Assembly: GCF_009914755.1 (NCBI RefSeq)
Contig: NC_060925.1
Reading direction: 5' to 3' (one strand)
From: the human T2T-CHM13v2.0 reference genome, Homo sapiens
DNA length: 64,000 bases
Part shown: positions 1 through 22,190 of the stretch, in pieces
Position numbering within the stretch: the first letter of the stretch is position 1
Layout: each line of letters starts with the position of its first letter
Program-made: the position numbers and the translations under genes
The notes under the pieces: model-generated
Told to the model about the DNA's origin: nothing
What the model saw: the letters and a program-made list of their open reading frames with translations, nothing else
The model's database searches: none

Positions 1-861
1 ATGACTGCCAAATGCTTCCTTCACAATCTCTCCAGAATAGGGCAGGTCCTTTAATGTGAGATTTTCCTGACATTCCAATTGTAGCAGACATTGAACAAAC
101 AGAGACGCATTAAAAGCCGACCTGGTTCTATTATCTTTTATTGAAGGCCTAGCAAAGATCAGACATGAGCCCTGTGCTATTTACATTTTTTGGTGCATTA
201 ATCACTTTTATACTCAAGGGCTTTAGAAAAATTCAATGGATTTTTTTTTTTAATGAAAAACAAAATAAAAAAAAAACACAGGATGTAACCACAGCTATAT
301 TGGTCTTTTTCTCAGGAAGGTCAGAAAAGCTTTAAAAACAGGAAGTCTGTGCTATAAGGTTGAGAAATGTTTGTTTTAACAGCCTAAGGCGTCATGGTTG
401 CAGTTTGCAGTCAGCTGCTATGGAGGACTATAGTTTATTCTTCCCAGCCAAGGATTAATGTCCCTAGGGAAAAGGCCAAAAAGGTACTCATATAACTAGA
501 AAAGCACATTATCCTAAAATAAGACTTGTTATAAAATCTGAATCATAAATCTTACAAGATACCTTTCAACATTAAATAGGAACTAATTTAGTAACTGGAG
601 GAGGAACAGTTTGTCTTTTGTGGTAATTTATAAAGGCTAAGGAAAAACCATAGTAACCAATGCTAAGACAACCTCCTAGAAACAATTAGCAGTGGGTTAA
701 GAATTGGTGCTTGCCATTTGATACAAGTTTTCTATTGATTACCTCTATTTTAATCATTATACTAATATTAATTATTAAAATCAAATGTAAAAATGACACT
801 CTTGCTTGAATGCAAATTCTTGCAAAAAAGGCAGATTAACTTTAAAAATGTTTTATCCCTA

Positions 862-1243
<382 letters not shown>

Positions 1244-2330
1244 TCAACTACAGTGCTAAACAGTCTTAACATACCTAACATTAAAGGTATTTTATTTCAA
1301 AAATTACAATTTTCTGATTCCATTCTTTATACTTAGCTTACACAGGCAATCAAAATGAGGCTTTTTCATGGTGGACTCCATTTTAAATGGAATTAAACGT
1401 TATATTATGAAAACTTTAAGCCAAAAATATCCAAATATTAATATTAAAATACACATAGCACATGAATTTAAAATTCATTTGGCTTTTAAAGGGTAGTGAT
1501 TGGAAAAATCCTATCATGATAAAGTGCTTTAAAATACAAACATAAATGGCTAATACCACAAAGTTTGCCATTCACCCCAAGAAGTAATTTTCTATTTGAT
1601 AGTTATAGCTATCTTTAAATTTTTAAATATTTATTTCTACAATATCTCTAGAGAGGATTGAACTACTGCCATTTAACAGATGGGAGTAAAATGAAATTCT
1701 CTCAACTTTATCTTTTCCCTTATGGTTCAGAAGACATCACTCTAATAACTTTATCTTTCCAAGGGGCATCATTCAAGTAACAACTCATCCTAAAAGGCCC
1801 ATACTGGCTTTCAGTTGAGTGTATTCTGTATTATGCTCTGGCGTCTTTCCTGAAAACTGGAAGACAATAGAGTAACGCCTTCAAATTTTTGAGGAAAATA
1901 GTCTCCAACCTACAGTTCTATACCCGGCCAAACTGTGAGATAATCAAGGATGAGCATAAAATAAAGACATTTTCAGACACACACAGCCTCAAAACATTTA
2001 CTTCCCATGTACCCTTCTCAGGAAAATACTTCACAAACAACAGAGGGAACCCCAACCAAGAAGCCATGAAAAATGATCTGAGAGTCATATGAAAGGGAAG
2101 TCTTCTTCCAACAACTCAGTGGCAGATCTAGACACCAAAATGAGGCAATGGGTTCCAGGAGGATAGCACCAAGGCTGATCTATAGATTAATATTTTCCAT
2201 TACACTGATTTTCCAATAGTTCTGTTGGAAAATTTAAGGGTGATTTAGAGACGGGGCATACAAAACAAAACAAAGAATCAAAAGAGAGACAATTATTAAT
2301 TCCAGGAAAGAAGTTGTACAAGAAATGTAA

Positions 2331-2637
<307 letters not shown>

Positions 2638-2694
2638 ACAATATTTGTTTTAAGCTATAACAATATATACATGCCTATAATAATATAAACATTC

Positions 2695-2990
<296 letters not shown>

Positions 2991-3087
2991 TATAAACATT
3001 CAATACTGATTTAACCACAAATGGTGATATTACCACAATGAGAAGGAAGAGGAAGAGGAGAAAGTAGAAGATATATAAAAGGTGACG

Positions 3088-3971
<884 letters not shown>

Positions 3972-6156
3972 TTAGCAATATTGAGATAAGTGACAAAATA
4001 AATGGTTTTAAAAGTTCAAACAGTTTGCCTCTGAGAAGTGAAACTCAAGGATGGGAGGAACTACTAAAATAAACAAACAAAAAAAAATAAACAGTACACC
4101 ACCACTTGATTAAGTACGTGCACATATATTACCTAGAAAAAAAAATCATATGAAATTAAAAATTAACACAAATGTTCCCAGAAGATCTTTGCTACCTTTT
4201 TTTAAAAAAAATTCACTAACCCATGTGCTTTGATCACCTGGTGAAGAAAGTAATAAAATTTCAGAATGGAAAAAAAGAAAAGGAATAAAAAAAAACCTAG
4301 CCAAAGAAGCAATCAATCTTTTTAAGACGTAGGCATCGGACTGAAATTTATTTTTCTTCAGAGGGCAGGCTGTACTACATTTTGCAACCTGCTAGTAAGA
4401 CTCCTGAAATTTGGCCCCTCGATAATAATAATCTTATACCAAAAAGAAAGGAAAAAGACACAATCACAATTTTAAAAAATAAATGATATAACAACTCAAT
4501 CACTATAATTTTAGTATGTATAAATGAGAAATACATCACTAACTAAAGTAACAGCTTTTAAAAGAAGCAGTAGGTGAAAGTACAAATAGATCATCCAGCT
4601 TCAAAAAACTTAATGAATTTTTAAAATCATTTTTAGCATTTTACCCATTTGTTTATTCACAATTATGTTCCATAGTCAGCTAATGGTTTTTGAAAAAGAG
4701 AGTAAGAATAAGATGGATAAGGGAAAGGAAAATCAAGCATGTTCTAAATTGCAAGTTAATCATTAGGTCAACAGTGGTAGTTTTCAGTATTTCTCAAACA
4801 CAATAACGCCTTGTCATCGATTGAGAATACTGAATTTTAATGCCATTGTTTTGTCAATAAAAAGTGCTTATGTACACTTCACGAGTTCATTAATAATCCT
4901 CTAAGAAGACCTAAATTAAAGCTTGGCAAGCAGTTTCTCATGAAACAAAATTTGCTTTAGTTCTGGTTTGTTAGAACTAAATGCACCAAGTGGCAAATTA
5001 AGATGTAGAAACATACCTTAAAGGTTATGCTTTGAAAGTATTCAATGACTCAAACAGAGGCATCATTAGGCAGTAGCAAAATAAATACTAAGATTCCTAT
5101 TTCATTTGCAATCTGTTAAGTTTCAGACAGATAATTTTACAATGACCACCAATAGCTATCAGGATAAACTTCGAAAGGAGATAGACATACATTCCCTAAA
5201 TTTCATCAGAGGACTGGAAGGTAACCAGGATAGATCCCATTTTCAGCATTAAAAGTGATCAAAAGAGTCCAATAATTCACATAGAAGATGCCATTGTGCT
5301 GTCTATACTGTGTGTATTTAATGTCCATGGGAATGCTGACATGTGCACTCCAAGTGGTGATTGAAGAGTCAACTAAGTAGGGGGAAAGGGCTTGGAGCAA
5401 AAATTTCAACTAAAAATAATCCAGTTACAGGAGAATAGTACCAGGCAAGCTGGAAAAACTATAATCAAAGTCTGTATTTCCAGTTTCAATAGTAAACACA
5501 GTTGTTAAGAGTGGTTAACACACAAGACCATAAGTGCATGCAATTTCAAGTCAGAAACATCTGTTTTACCAATAGTATCCCTGTTATGTCCTCCATTTCT
5601 TTACTAAAGCAGAATGTGAGAGTAAGAACAAGAGCAAGCACAATGTATGAAAGAAAGTAAGCAGTCAATTTACCTTAGAAAACATTAGGACTTTCATATA
5701 AGTTCCTAAAATCATAAATTCTAAAGCCGTTAGATTTCTAGAACTTGACAAGATTTCTTTAAAAAACAGGGTCAGATAAGAATTTTGCCTTTCCTCCTAT
5801 TAGTTTTTAGTCCCCACCAGCTGAAGCAGGGTGCCCGTTTCTACACCAAAGAGCGGCAAAATGAAGAAAATCAAGCAAATTACACAGCAAAGGCAGAAAT
5901 GCCTTCTATTTCATGAGAAAAGAGAAATGGTGCAAGCCAATGGATCACCAACCTCAATGCACTGAACAGCTGAATTTTTTTGTTTAGTTCTGAGAATAAA
6001 GCTGTGGTTTAATTTCATCAATAGTGAAGTTTAGTCCTACCTATTTTGCTGGGTGATTTTAAATGGTAGGTGACTCTCTTCATCTGGTACTCTAAGAGCA
6101 GGCAGCAACATTTCATCCTTAGTTCTGACTGAGCTTCCCAGTCTTCAGCAAATTTA

Positions 6157-6390
6157 GCCTAGTGGTAAAGGTCTCTAGCTCTGGAGTCAGATGGCCAGGG
6201 TTCTCCTAATCTAAGATTTTCTAACTGCATAACCTTGGGAAAGTCTCCATATGCCCATCTATACAATGTGGTTAATAACAGTACCCACTGCACAAGGTTA
6301 TCATGGAGATGAAATGAAATAATTCAAGCAAGGCCTTGGATGGAGTGCACAGCACACAGGAAATGCTCAGTGAATGCCAGACACCATTAA
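6157..6390 (+). mobile_element. MIR
   Basis: CTCTGGAGTCAGA...ACCTTGGGAAAGT...AATAACAGTACC...GCACACAGGAAATGCTCAGTGAATG. Confidence 0.8.
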
Positions 6391-7429
6391 CCGTGTCATC
6401 TTGGACTCTGTCATCGACTTATTGTAAAAACCTGATTAAAACAATTAAAGGAGGGCCTAAATCACCCCAACAGTGAGGGTGGTAATTCATTATTTGTCTG
6501 TGAAGTACATCACCCCACTAAAAAAAAGAAACAGGCAGGGGGCAGCAAAATCAGCATTTTGCTTTTCATCCTTGTTACTATCACTGCTACATTATTTATG
6601 TGAACTGGGAAGGAGTGTGTCCGGACAGATGCTCAGCTGGGTTCTGCAAGCAGAGCATCCATCACAAAAGGTAGTGCCTGTCTCAGGAGCAAGCCCCTTT
6701 CCTGCCTCCTCTCTCCCCTTCATCAGTCACCACTAGGGAGAGCACAGTGGAGCCACACAGCAGCTGGGCAATGTCAAAACATTATTGTCCAAGCACTCTG
6801 TTCAATGATTTTGATGAAATAAAGTAATCCACCCCTAAATGACTCATTTTGTCCCAAATTAGCATCCTTAAGGTAATTATTAAATATCCAAAAGGATCCA
6901 GGGTGTATTAGAAACAAAGGAGGGGGTGAGGAACATTGATATACTACCAACAGGCACCCTACTATAAATTTACTAAAACAGGAATCATGAAATGATTGAA
7001 ATGACACCAAATTATACAACATAAACATAGAGGAACAAATGACAGAGATTTGCCCTCTGCTTAATTCAGCTTACATAGATGTCTATCAAAGACAAGTTTC
7101 TACAGAGTCACAAGCACACTGTATTCAAATAATCTTCATTTCCATTTTCTCTGGACAAGCGAAAGTAAGCCTACCACAACAGTTAATGGGTTAAAAACTG
7201 TCACATTTTCAAAACATTTACATTATTTAAATGCTTATGTGTCTACCACCACCCCCAGAGAATTAATCACCTCCTTATTACTGTCACCTCTCTACCCTCC
7301 ATATAATTCTACTGCTGCGTTTCTCACAGACTTAAAATTATTTTCATATAAATTGGTCTTTGCTGCTATATGAAGCAACTCAGGGCATGGAGCACGTTTG
7401 ATTCATTTTTGTATTCCCAAATCTTCCTG

Positions 7430-8140
<711 letters not shown>

Positions 8141-8237
8141 TTATAATTGTATAACCCCAAGAGTAGACAAGAAGCACACATCCCAAAATACGTTACTTGT
8201 ACATGAAACATCCAGGCTCCATTAAAATTAAAAATCT

Positions 8238-8527
8238 AGCCGGGCACAGTGGCTCACGCCTGTAATCCCAACACTTTGGGAGGCTGAAGAGGGCGGATTA
8301 CTTGAGGTCAGGAGTTTGAGACCAGCCTGACCAACACGGTGCAACCCCGTCTCTACTAAAATTACAAAAATTAGCCAGACATGGTGATGCACACCTGCAA
8401 TCCCAGTTACTCAGGAGGCTGAGGCAAGAGAACTGCTTGAACCCAGGAGGCGGAGGTTGCAGTGAGCCGAGATCACCACCACACACCAGCCTGGGTGACA
8501 GAGCGAGACTCTATCTCAAAAAAAAAA
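8238..8527 (+). mobile_element. AluS
   Basis: Full dimer with poly-A. Confidence 0.95.
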
Positions 8528-8740
8528 GTTGTTTTAGTATTTCTCAGGTACCCGATAGGTCATCTTAGAAGGAGCCCACCTTGAAGACACTGCCCTAGGC
8601 TGGTAAAACTTGGACAGTTAACACTGCATTCCTCAGACAACTGGGAGCACTGCAGAGGTCTGCTTCCCCAAGCCCCTGAACGACAGCCTGGGACTTCCCT
8701 GCAGGCCTGAACACAAGATCTCAGGAAATGGAAGAGTTGA

Positions 8741-9076
<336 letters not shown>

Positions 9077-9368
9077 AAGAGATTCTTAAAACCTCTTCTG
9101 GTGAGAAGTGAGGCACCTGACCAGGACCAATGGGATTTGGTGACTTGGTCTCACACCTGCTTTCTCTCTGTTGGAAGGGTTGCTGGCCTCTATTAGAAAT
9201 TTTAATTACTATCTGGCAAAAATATGTTCTCCTTTCTGACTGCTTAAATATGTAAGATGGGTCCCTCAGTGCTAGCTAACCTCAAAACTCAAAACTAAAT
9301 CATCTTAATAACATAAACCCTTATCTCTGTCTTGACAGCAGTAACACGGAGCTGAACAGTCAGCTACC

Positions 9369-9482
9369 AGCATATCTCATTTCATTGCATTTGCTTTGCT
9401 GCGCTTTGCAGATACTACTTTTTCTCACCTAGCAAACTGAAGGCTTTGGCAACCCTACATCAGGGAAGTCTACTGGTGCTTT
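9369..9482 (+). mobile_element. Tigger1 5' terminal fragment
   Basis: CAGCATATCTCATTTCATTGCATTTGCTTTG...GCAGATACT...AAACTGAAGGCTTTGGCAACCCT matches the Tigger1 left end. Confidence 0.8.
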
Positions 9483-9661
9483 TTGTTCTTTGTTTCTGCT
9501 TTCTTCAGCCCTTTTTCTGTCTATGAAGCCAACCTCCTCTACTGCACTCATTGGAATGCTTACATTTATTCTACTTCATAAGGTATTGCCCAATTCTAGA
9601 ACCACAAATAAAGCCAACTGAAATCTTTAAACGATATTTGTTGTAATTGTGTCTTCTGACA
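9483..9661 (+). mobile_element. ERV1 LTR 3' half (MER34/MER39-like)
   Basis: AAGCCAACCTCCTCT...TTCTAGAACCACAAATAAAGCCAA...TTGTTGTAATTGTGTCTTCTGACA terminus. Confidence 0.7.
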
Positions 9662-9995
9662 GAAACACAACTCAATCCACGCACAGGTCTTCCTGCCTCA
9701 ACCTTTGCTAACCTAGCACCCATCTACCTTCCCCTTGGCTATCAAACCAATGTTTCTGAAACTCAATTCTGGTAACATCCCTTTTCTACTTAAAACTCCC
9801 ATTAGCTTTTTCATCCAAACTATAATGACAGCGATACTAATATTTATTGAGTGCTAACTGTACACCAGGTACTGCTGTAAGTATTATACATATATGACAA
9901 TATTCCTACAGGATAGGCACTATTATTACCTCCTCTTTTATAAGTGAGCAAACCAAGAGACAAAGGTGTTAAGTAACATCTGTTCAATAAAGCCA

Positions 9996-10368
9996 CAGAC
10001 TTGGCCTTCATATCCCTGGGTTCCACATCTGTGGTTTCAACCAACCACGGACTGAAAATATTTGGAGGAACAAAAAAAGGATGGTTGCTTCTGTACTAAA
10101 CATGTATAGAATTTTTTAAGTCTTTATTCCATAAACAATACAGTATAATAACTATTTACATGGCCTTTACATTGCACTGAATACTATAAGTAATCTGGAG
10201 ACGATGTAAAGTATAAGGGAGGATATGGTCTAAAGTATGTTGGAGGATGTGCATAGGTTACATGCAAATACGACACCATGTTATTTAAAGAACTTGAATG
10301 TGTGTGGATTTTGGTACCCACCGATGGTCCTGGAACCAATCCCCCACGAATACTGAGAGAGGACTATG
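9996..10368 (-). mobile_element. MER2 (TcMar-Tigger) inserted in a minus-strand MIR (about 9825-10405)
   Basis: GGTCCTGGAACCAATCCCCCACGAATACTGAG end and GTTCCACATCTGTGGTTTCAACCAACCACGGA start. Confidence 0.8.
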
Positions 10369-12028
10369 TAGTTAGTTTCAGAACCTGCATTTAAACTCAG
10401 GCTCTATACCTCAAAATAAAAAGCTATTTGACATGGAAATTCAATTAATCAACAGAGTTGTCTTTGACCCTCTACCTATCAAAAACTACTGACAGCACAA
10501 ACGATTCAGAACTTTCAACAGAGAAAAGAGAAGGTGTCCAGAAAGGAATGCTGAGTCTCTCTTAACACAGCTATCAAATCCTGAATGCCTCACAAACATC
10601 AGATCAGCCATCCATCACCAAAATGGGAGGGGGAGGTAGGAATCGAAACTGCAGAATGACAACAAAGAAGAATAAAATCTAACAACTCAGCAACAATATA
10701 CCCTCAGGTTAGAGATAAGGAAGAATAAACAATTCAGTCTGAAAGGACTTCTACCAAGAAGAGATTAGTAATTAGACTGAATGGCTGTGGTTCAATATAA
10801 AGTATAGAAATGCAATTTTTTTCCCTCTAAACAGAACATAGGCACAACCCCAGAAGTTACTCAAGAGGGCTTTAAAAAAGAAAACAAACTCTAAAACAAA
10901 GAGTATCTTTAAACACTAATCATTGTTTTTTTTTCTAAAATCACTATTAGAACACTACCTGACAAGGTCTTTAAAGGGTTCACTGTTGATTAAGCCATTT
11001 TCATGGCCTAGTAAGTTTGAGTTCTATTAATTCAGACTGTGCTATGTACACTGAAATTTTGTCTTAGGCAGGCTCAACAGAACAGTTCTTCAAATTAAGC
11101 AAGTGCTTAATGTTAGGTAGAAAAAATATGTCGCTGTGAAATATATACTGTCCAAGTACTATTTGGTGCCAACAAAAGCTAACAAACAGGCTGTGTTTTT
11201 AAGTCTAAGCAGAAGAAAAGTAACCACTACCTGTACAGAATACAGTTCGGCTCTTTCAGTATTTCAGATAAAAAGAAGGACTGAAACCAGAAACAACCTA
11301 CTTTCTAGCTCTGAATTACCATCATCACATTGTATAAATCATTAGGTGGGGACAGAATACACCAAAATAGAAATCACAAGCTGAAAGAGCCTTGAATTCC
11401 TTCCCTTAAATGAAGCTCTTATATCAAATGAATCTATATAGTCTCTGTGTGTTCCAGCATTTTGTCAACTTGTAAATCAAAGATTTTGTTCCATAGCCCT
11501 TCTCAATTTTCTACATTTAACATCTGACAAAAACCAGCTTTTATCTTTACCAAAGATATTCTATCCCTAGAAAGTCACTATTTAAAATGATGTCATTTAT
11601 ATCATGTAACATATTAAGAAATACATTTATTTTATTTTTGGTAGTAACAAAACAACCCTGGATATTTGCATAAATTAAAGCTGTCAATAAGAAACCACTT
11701 CTATATGTATCCTTCTTTGGGTTTCTGGCTCAGGGGTTGGCAAAAATGGGTTATACATTTAAATAATATTTCAATCTTAGGTTAAGGAAAATTTCTCCTG
11801 TATATTTCAAGATACAGAGAGACTCTGCCGATTTACATTCAAATAAAACAAAACGTGAGTAATACTGTCTATATCAATGTTCTGTCACTTGCCAGAATAA
11901 AGAAAACATTTAGTAAGTTAGTTAATTTCAAGTCTGAGAATTAAGCAAATATCCCAAATCCTTTGTAAACTCAAAGATTTAGTTACTTTCTCTACATATT
12001 ACACAGCTGCTTTAAAATTTTACCTTCT

Positions 12029-13046
<1,018 letters not shown>

Positions 13047-13592
13047 TTAATAGTTTAAAATATTAAATCTAAATTTATAGGAGATTCATTAGTTTGCCCT
13101 TGGTAATCCCCACTTTCTGCCTTGTAAAGCCTAAGACCCTAAGAAGCTCTACAAACTAGAGCTTCTTAGGCTTCAAAACAGTTCTTTCCAAACCATATTT
13201 GATGAATTATATGTAAGATGAGTCAATAACATAAGGATTAGATTTCCCTGAAAATGCATAGAAGGTTAAAAATTAGAAGAAAAAGTGATAGGCATAATAG
13301 GCTCTGGGTTTTGCTTAATGCAAACGTTCTGAAAGGTTCAACATTAACACAGACATTCACAAATGAGGCATCTAATTTTAACTTTGTTTTAAAAAGTTGT
13401 TTAAAAAAAAAGTCAAAATAAGTCAAACTCTTCCCATTTGTTTGAATAGAGGGTACATTTACTTCCTACCCAACAAGATTTGAAAACAAAAGACATATTA
13501 GCTATAAAGATATATTCCTTTCACTTAATGCTCCACAAATGTCTGAAAAGCAAACTCAACTCAATTTAGTTGAGTCAATAAGGGAATTCCAG

Positions 13593-15254
<1,662 letters not shown>

Positions 15255-16289
15255 AATTACCCACTATTCTTAAAGGTCAGCAGTACTTCCCCAAAGGACA
15301 GGAATGCACCCCAAACAGAATCTTCTAATTTGCTTATTTAAAAAAAGTTTTAAATAGCTCAAACTGCAAAGACTTCTAAAACAAAGACCACTTGTAGCAT
15401 ATATTAATTAATCCATGTAGCCCAGAGTTTTGTCTAGCAAAACCCAAGTTCACACATTTGACCACATGCACACGAACCTCAGCCAACGCAGCCAACGCTC
15501 CCCAGAGGCTACTTCTGCAGCTAAGCATCTGTCCTTTCAGCTCCTGGCAGTTCCTGCCCTTTCTCTTGCCAGGCAACCAGAGCTCTAAAGGGATCTTAAT
15601 GCACTAATGAGAAGCCATGACAACCAAGACCTGCGGTAGCTGCAAAGCACAAACACCAGTATCCACTTTTACTGAGCACGCATGCAATAAGCAATGTGCT
15701 AAGGAATCCAAGTAAATTAAAATCATTCCTCTAACCTAATAACTCCATAGGCACCTATAACACACCATAACTTGAAACTTTCTATCATTCTTTATATTTA
15801 AGAACTTATTAAAAGGCAGGCTTTACCATGCACCACTGGTAGTATAGCTTGCCTCAGCTGTTATAGTAACTATAGAAGTAGGGTTATTTTCTTGTTTGTT
15901 TCAATCTAGAGTCATAAGAGACCATCAAAAAAAAAAAAACCCTATTGAAACCATGTTTAGAGCGAAAAAGTCTATATTCTTTTTAGGGGATTAGTAGTCA
16001 CCATTAAAAGGTATGATATTTCAATTACCCACAGTTATTCGAGATCAGCAGTATTTCCTCAAAGGACAGCACCTAAAACGGAATTTTCTCTAGGCACCTG
16101 TGGTATACCATAACACCAAAAAGCATCCCTCAAAAAAGAAACTAAAACTAAGATGCTATGCTCCATACCCAGATATCTGTTATTACTTCTGAAAACAATC
16201 TAAGTAATCTTGGGGATCCCATCCAGTAGATAAAAACGATGGCATCCTTTGGGGCATAAAGTGAAGGTAAGATTTCCACAGGCTCTGAA

Positions 16290-17128
16290 ACAGCAGCTAG
16301 CAACTAGGGCCAAGAGACTGCACCTGTTTTTGAAAATAAACTTTTATAGCCAGGCGCAGTGGCTCATGCCTGTAATCCCAGCACTTTGGGAGGCCGAGGC
16401 AGGTGATCATCCGAGGTCGGGAGTTCAAGACCAGCCTGACCAACATGGAGAAACCCTGTCTCTACTAAAAATACAAAATTAGCTGGGCATGGTGGCGCAA
16501 GCCTGTAATCCTAGCTACTCAGGAGGCTGAGGCAGAGAATCGTTTGAACCCGGGAGGTGGAAGCTGCGGTGAGCTGAGATCGTGCCACACCATTGCACTC
16601 CAGCCTGGGCAACAAGAGTGAGACTCCATCTCAATCAATCAATCAATCAATCAAGTTTTATTAGAAGTCAGCTACACCGATTTTTTTTTTTTTTTTTTTT
16701 TATTGAGATGGAGTCTCGCTCTGTTGCCCAGGCTGGAGTGCAGTGGCACAATCTCAGCTCACCACAACCTCTGCCTCCCTGGTTTCAAGTGATTCTCCTG
16801 CCTCAGCCTCCCAAGTAGCTGGGACTACAGGCACGTGCCACCATGCCTGGCTAATTTTTGTATTTTTAGTAGAGACGGGGGTTTCACCACGTTGGCCAGG
16901 CTGGTTTCGAACTCTTGACCTTGTGATCCACCCGCCTCGGCCTCCCAAAGTGCTGGGGTTACAGGCATGAGCCACTGCACCTGGCCTTATTTTTTTATGT
17001 GTATTTTCTATGGTTGTTTGTCTTCCCACTACAATGGCAGAGTTCCATACTTGAAACAGAGACCATACAACCTGAAAAGACTAAATATTTACTATATCTG
17101 GCCCTTTACAGAAAAAGACTGCCAACAG
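16290..17128 (+). mobile_element. MER58A-like hAT element split by AluS (16348-16654, +, (TCAA)n tail) and AluS (16681-16986, -)
   Basis: CACCTGTTTTTGAAAATAAACTTTTAT before the Alus; ACTACAATGGCAGAG...TATTTACTATATCTGGCCCTTTACAGAAAAAG after them. Confidence 0.8.
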
Positions 17129-17768
17129 CAAACATCTCCAGCCTTCTCCAGATCACAACTTAAGAGGAATGTCATGTGCATGAGGCTAAGGAGTGTGGGC
17201 TGGCTTGAGATGGAAAAGGGGATTATGACTGCTATCCACCCTATACTACATATTAAGAAAATGAAATTATGGGAACTCATGGGAAGAAAGAATGACAGAT
17301 GCAGCTGATTCCTCCCATATGATGGTTCACATCAGGCTTTTCCAAAGACTGAATGAAGAGCTCTAAGGTTTTCTTTCAGGTATTTAAAAAATCTTATGTA
17401 AGGGATGGCAGGGGAAAATAAAATTTTCTATATAACATACTATTTCACTCACATCAATGTTACACTGAAGCTCACACCTGAGATAGGCTGATATTTCTTT
17501 CAAAGAGAAGATTTCAAGTAAGCTTCCAAATAGCTATGATAATGTGTATGAATAGAACCAGATCCCAGAATGAACTTGAGGTAAATACCAAGGACTGAAA
17601 TCAGTGAACCATCAAAACAAATATACTTGTCAAACATACAATACACAAGATGAAATATAATGAATCCCTTTGAAGGTCACTATATGTAGATACAAAAATA
17701 CAGCTTGAAGATGATCTAGTCAAGAGACCCAGGTTCTAGTCCGGGTTTTGACTCTCCCTGTAACTTAG

Positions 17769-18280
<512 letters not shown>

Positions 18281-18292
18281 TAACGCTGCATG

Positions 18293-20778
<2,486 letters not shown>

Positions 20779-20835
20779 CGGCTCCTTTTAGTTCTAAATT
20801 TTATTATTCTATTCACTAACATTTTCATGAGAACT

Positions 20836-21270
20836 GTGGTAACCAGCCCACAAAATGGCCCCCAGTGAGCTCTGCCTCCTGGTATTCAAACTCTTGACAA
20901 TAATGTCTTCCAAGGCTACGTCATAAAAGACATTGCAGCTTTCACCTTGCTCTTATATGAATCCTTTCTTCTGGAAAGCCAGGTGCAGTATCATGAAGAA
21001 ACTCAGGCAGCCCTATGAAGAGGTTCCATGTGCAAGGAACTGAAGCTTCTGCCAACAGCCAGCAAGAACTCTGCCAACCTTGTGAATGCACTATGTTGCA
21101 ATTGGATCCTCCAGGCCCTATCAAGCCTTCAGTTGACTGCAACCTGAGAAGGGACCTCAAGCCACTCCTAAATTCCTGACCCACAAAAGGTGTGTGGGAT
21201 AACAAATGCTGAATGTTGTTTTAAGCAGCAGTTTGGAGGTATTTTGTTACATATATCATATAGGAGCTTA
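20836..21270 (+). mobile_element. MaLR solo LTR (MLT1E/F-like)
   Basis: TGTGGTAACCAGCCCC...ATGGCCCCCAGTGA start; AAATTCCTGACCCACA...TGTTGTTTTAAGC end. Confidence 0.8.
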
Positions 21271-21287
21271 ATCTAAAATATGTATGT

Positions 21288-21592
21288 GGCTGGGCACGGT
21301 GGCTCACGCCTATAATCCCAGCACTGAGGCAGGCTGGATCACCTGAGGTCAGGAGTTCCAAACCAGCCTGGCCAACAGGGTGAAACCCCATCTCTACTAA
21401 AAGACACAAAAATTAGCCATGCATGGTGGTGGGTGCCTGTAATCCCAGCTACTCTACTCGGGAGGCTGATGCAGGAGAATTGCTTGAACCCAGAGGTGGA
21501 GGTTGCAGTCAGCCGAAATCGTGCCACTGCACTCCAGTCTAGGCAAAAAGGTGAGACTCCGTCTCAAAAATTAAAATAAAATAAAATAAAAT
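21288..21592 (+). mobile_element. AluS
   Basis: Dimer with small indels and (TAAAA)n tail. Confidence 0.93.
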
Positions 21593-21974
21593 GCATATAA
21601 TATAACTGTTATTGTTGACCCTTCTTGCCTTTACTTTGATACAGCTGGAGAAGTCCTGAAAATGTGTCCAAATTCATTACAAGGTGAAGATCAATTTAAA
21701 GAACTCCTCCACATTTCTCAAAGTATTATATTAATAATGAATTATATCATTTCTTCAGGACATAAAGGATTTGGGGTGGGAGGAGAAGGGAAAGGAAGGA
21801 AGTGGAAACGAGATTTTCATCATCTTCCCTAAGCCATTGCTGGTCATCCTAGAGTAGAAATCTGAGAGTTTCACTTTATTGCTTAAAATCCTTTAATATT
21901 ATAGTTTCCCAAAGCTTATGGAAGTGAATCCAGACACTGCTCATTGTCTGCACTACATCTACCAAGCAGGCTCA

Positions 21975-22190
21975 TGAGGCAGCACAAGGGGTGCACACAA
22001 ACATGGGCTGACTTTGCAAGACCTTGGATAAGTTACTTAATCTCCCTGCCTCGGTCTGCTCAACAGTAAAATGAAGGTAATTATACTACCAATATAGTTA
22101 CTATAGGGAATTAATACATTAAAACATAAAAAACACTTAAAAGAGGACGTTGCCTAAGTGCTCAATAAATGTCAGCTATCATCATCATCT
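21975..22190 (+). mobile_element. MIR
   Basis: ACCTTGGATAAGTTACTTAATCTCCCTGCCTCGG...AAGTGCTCAATAAATGTCAGCTAT. Confidence 0.8.
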
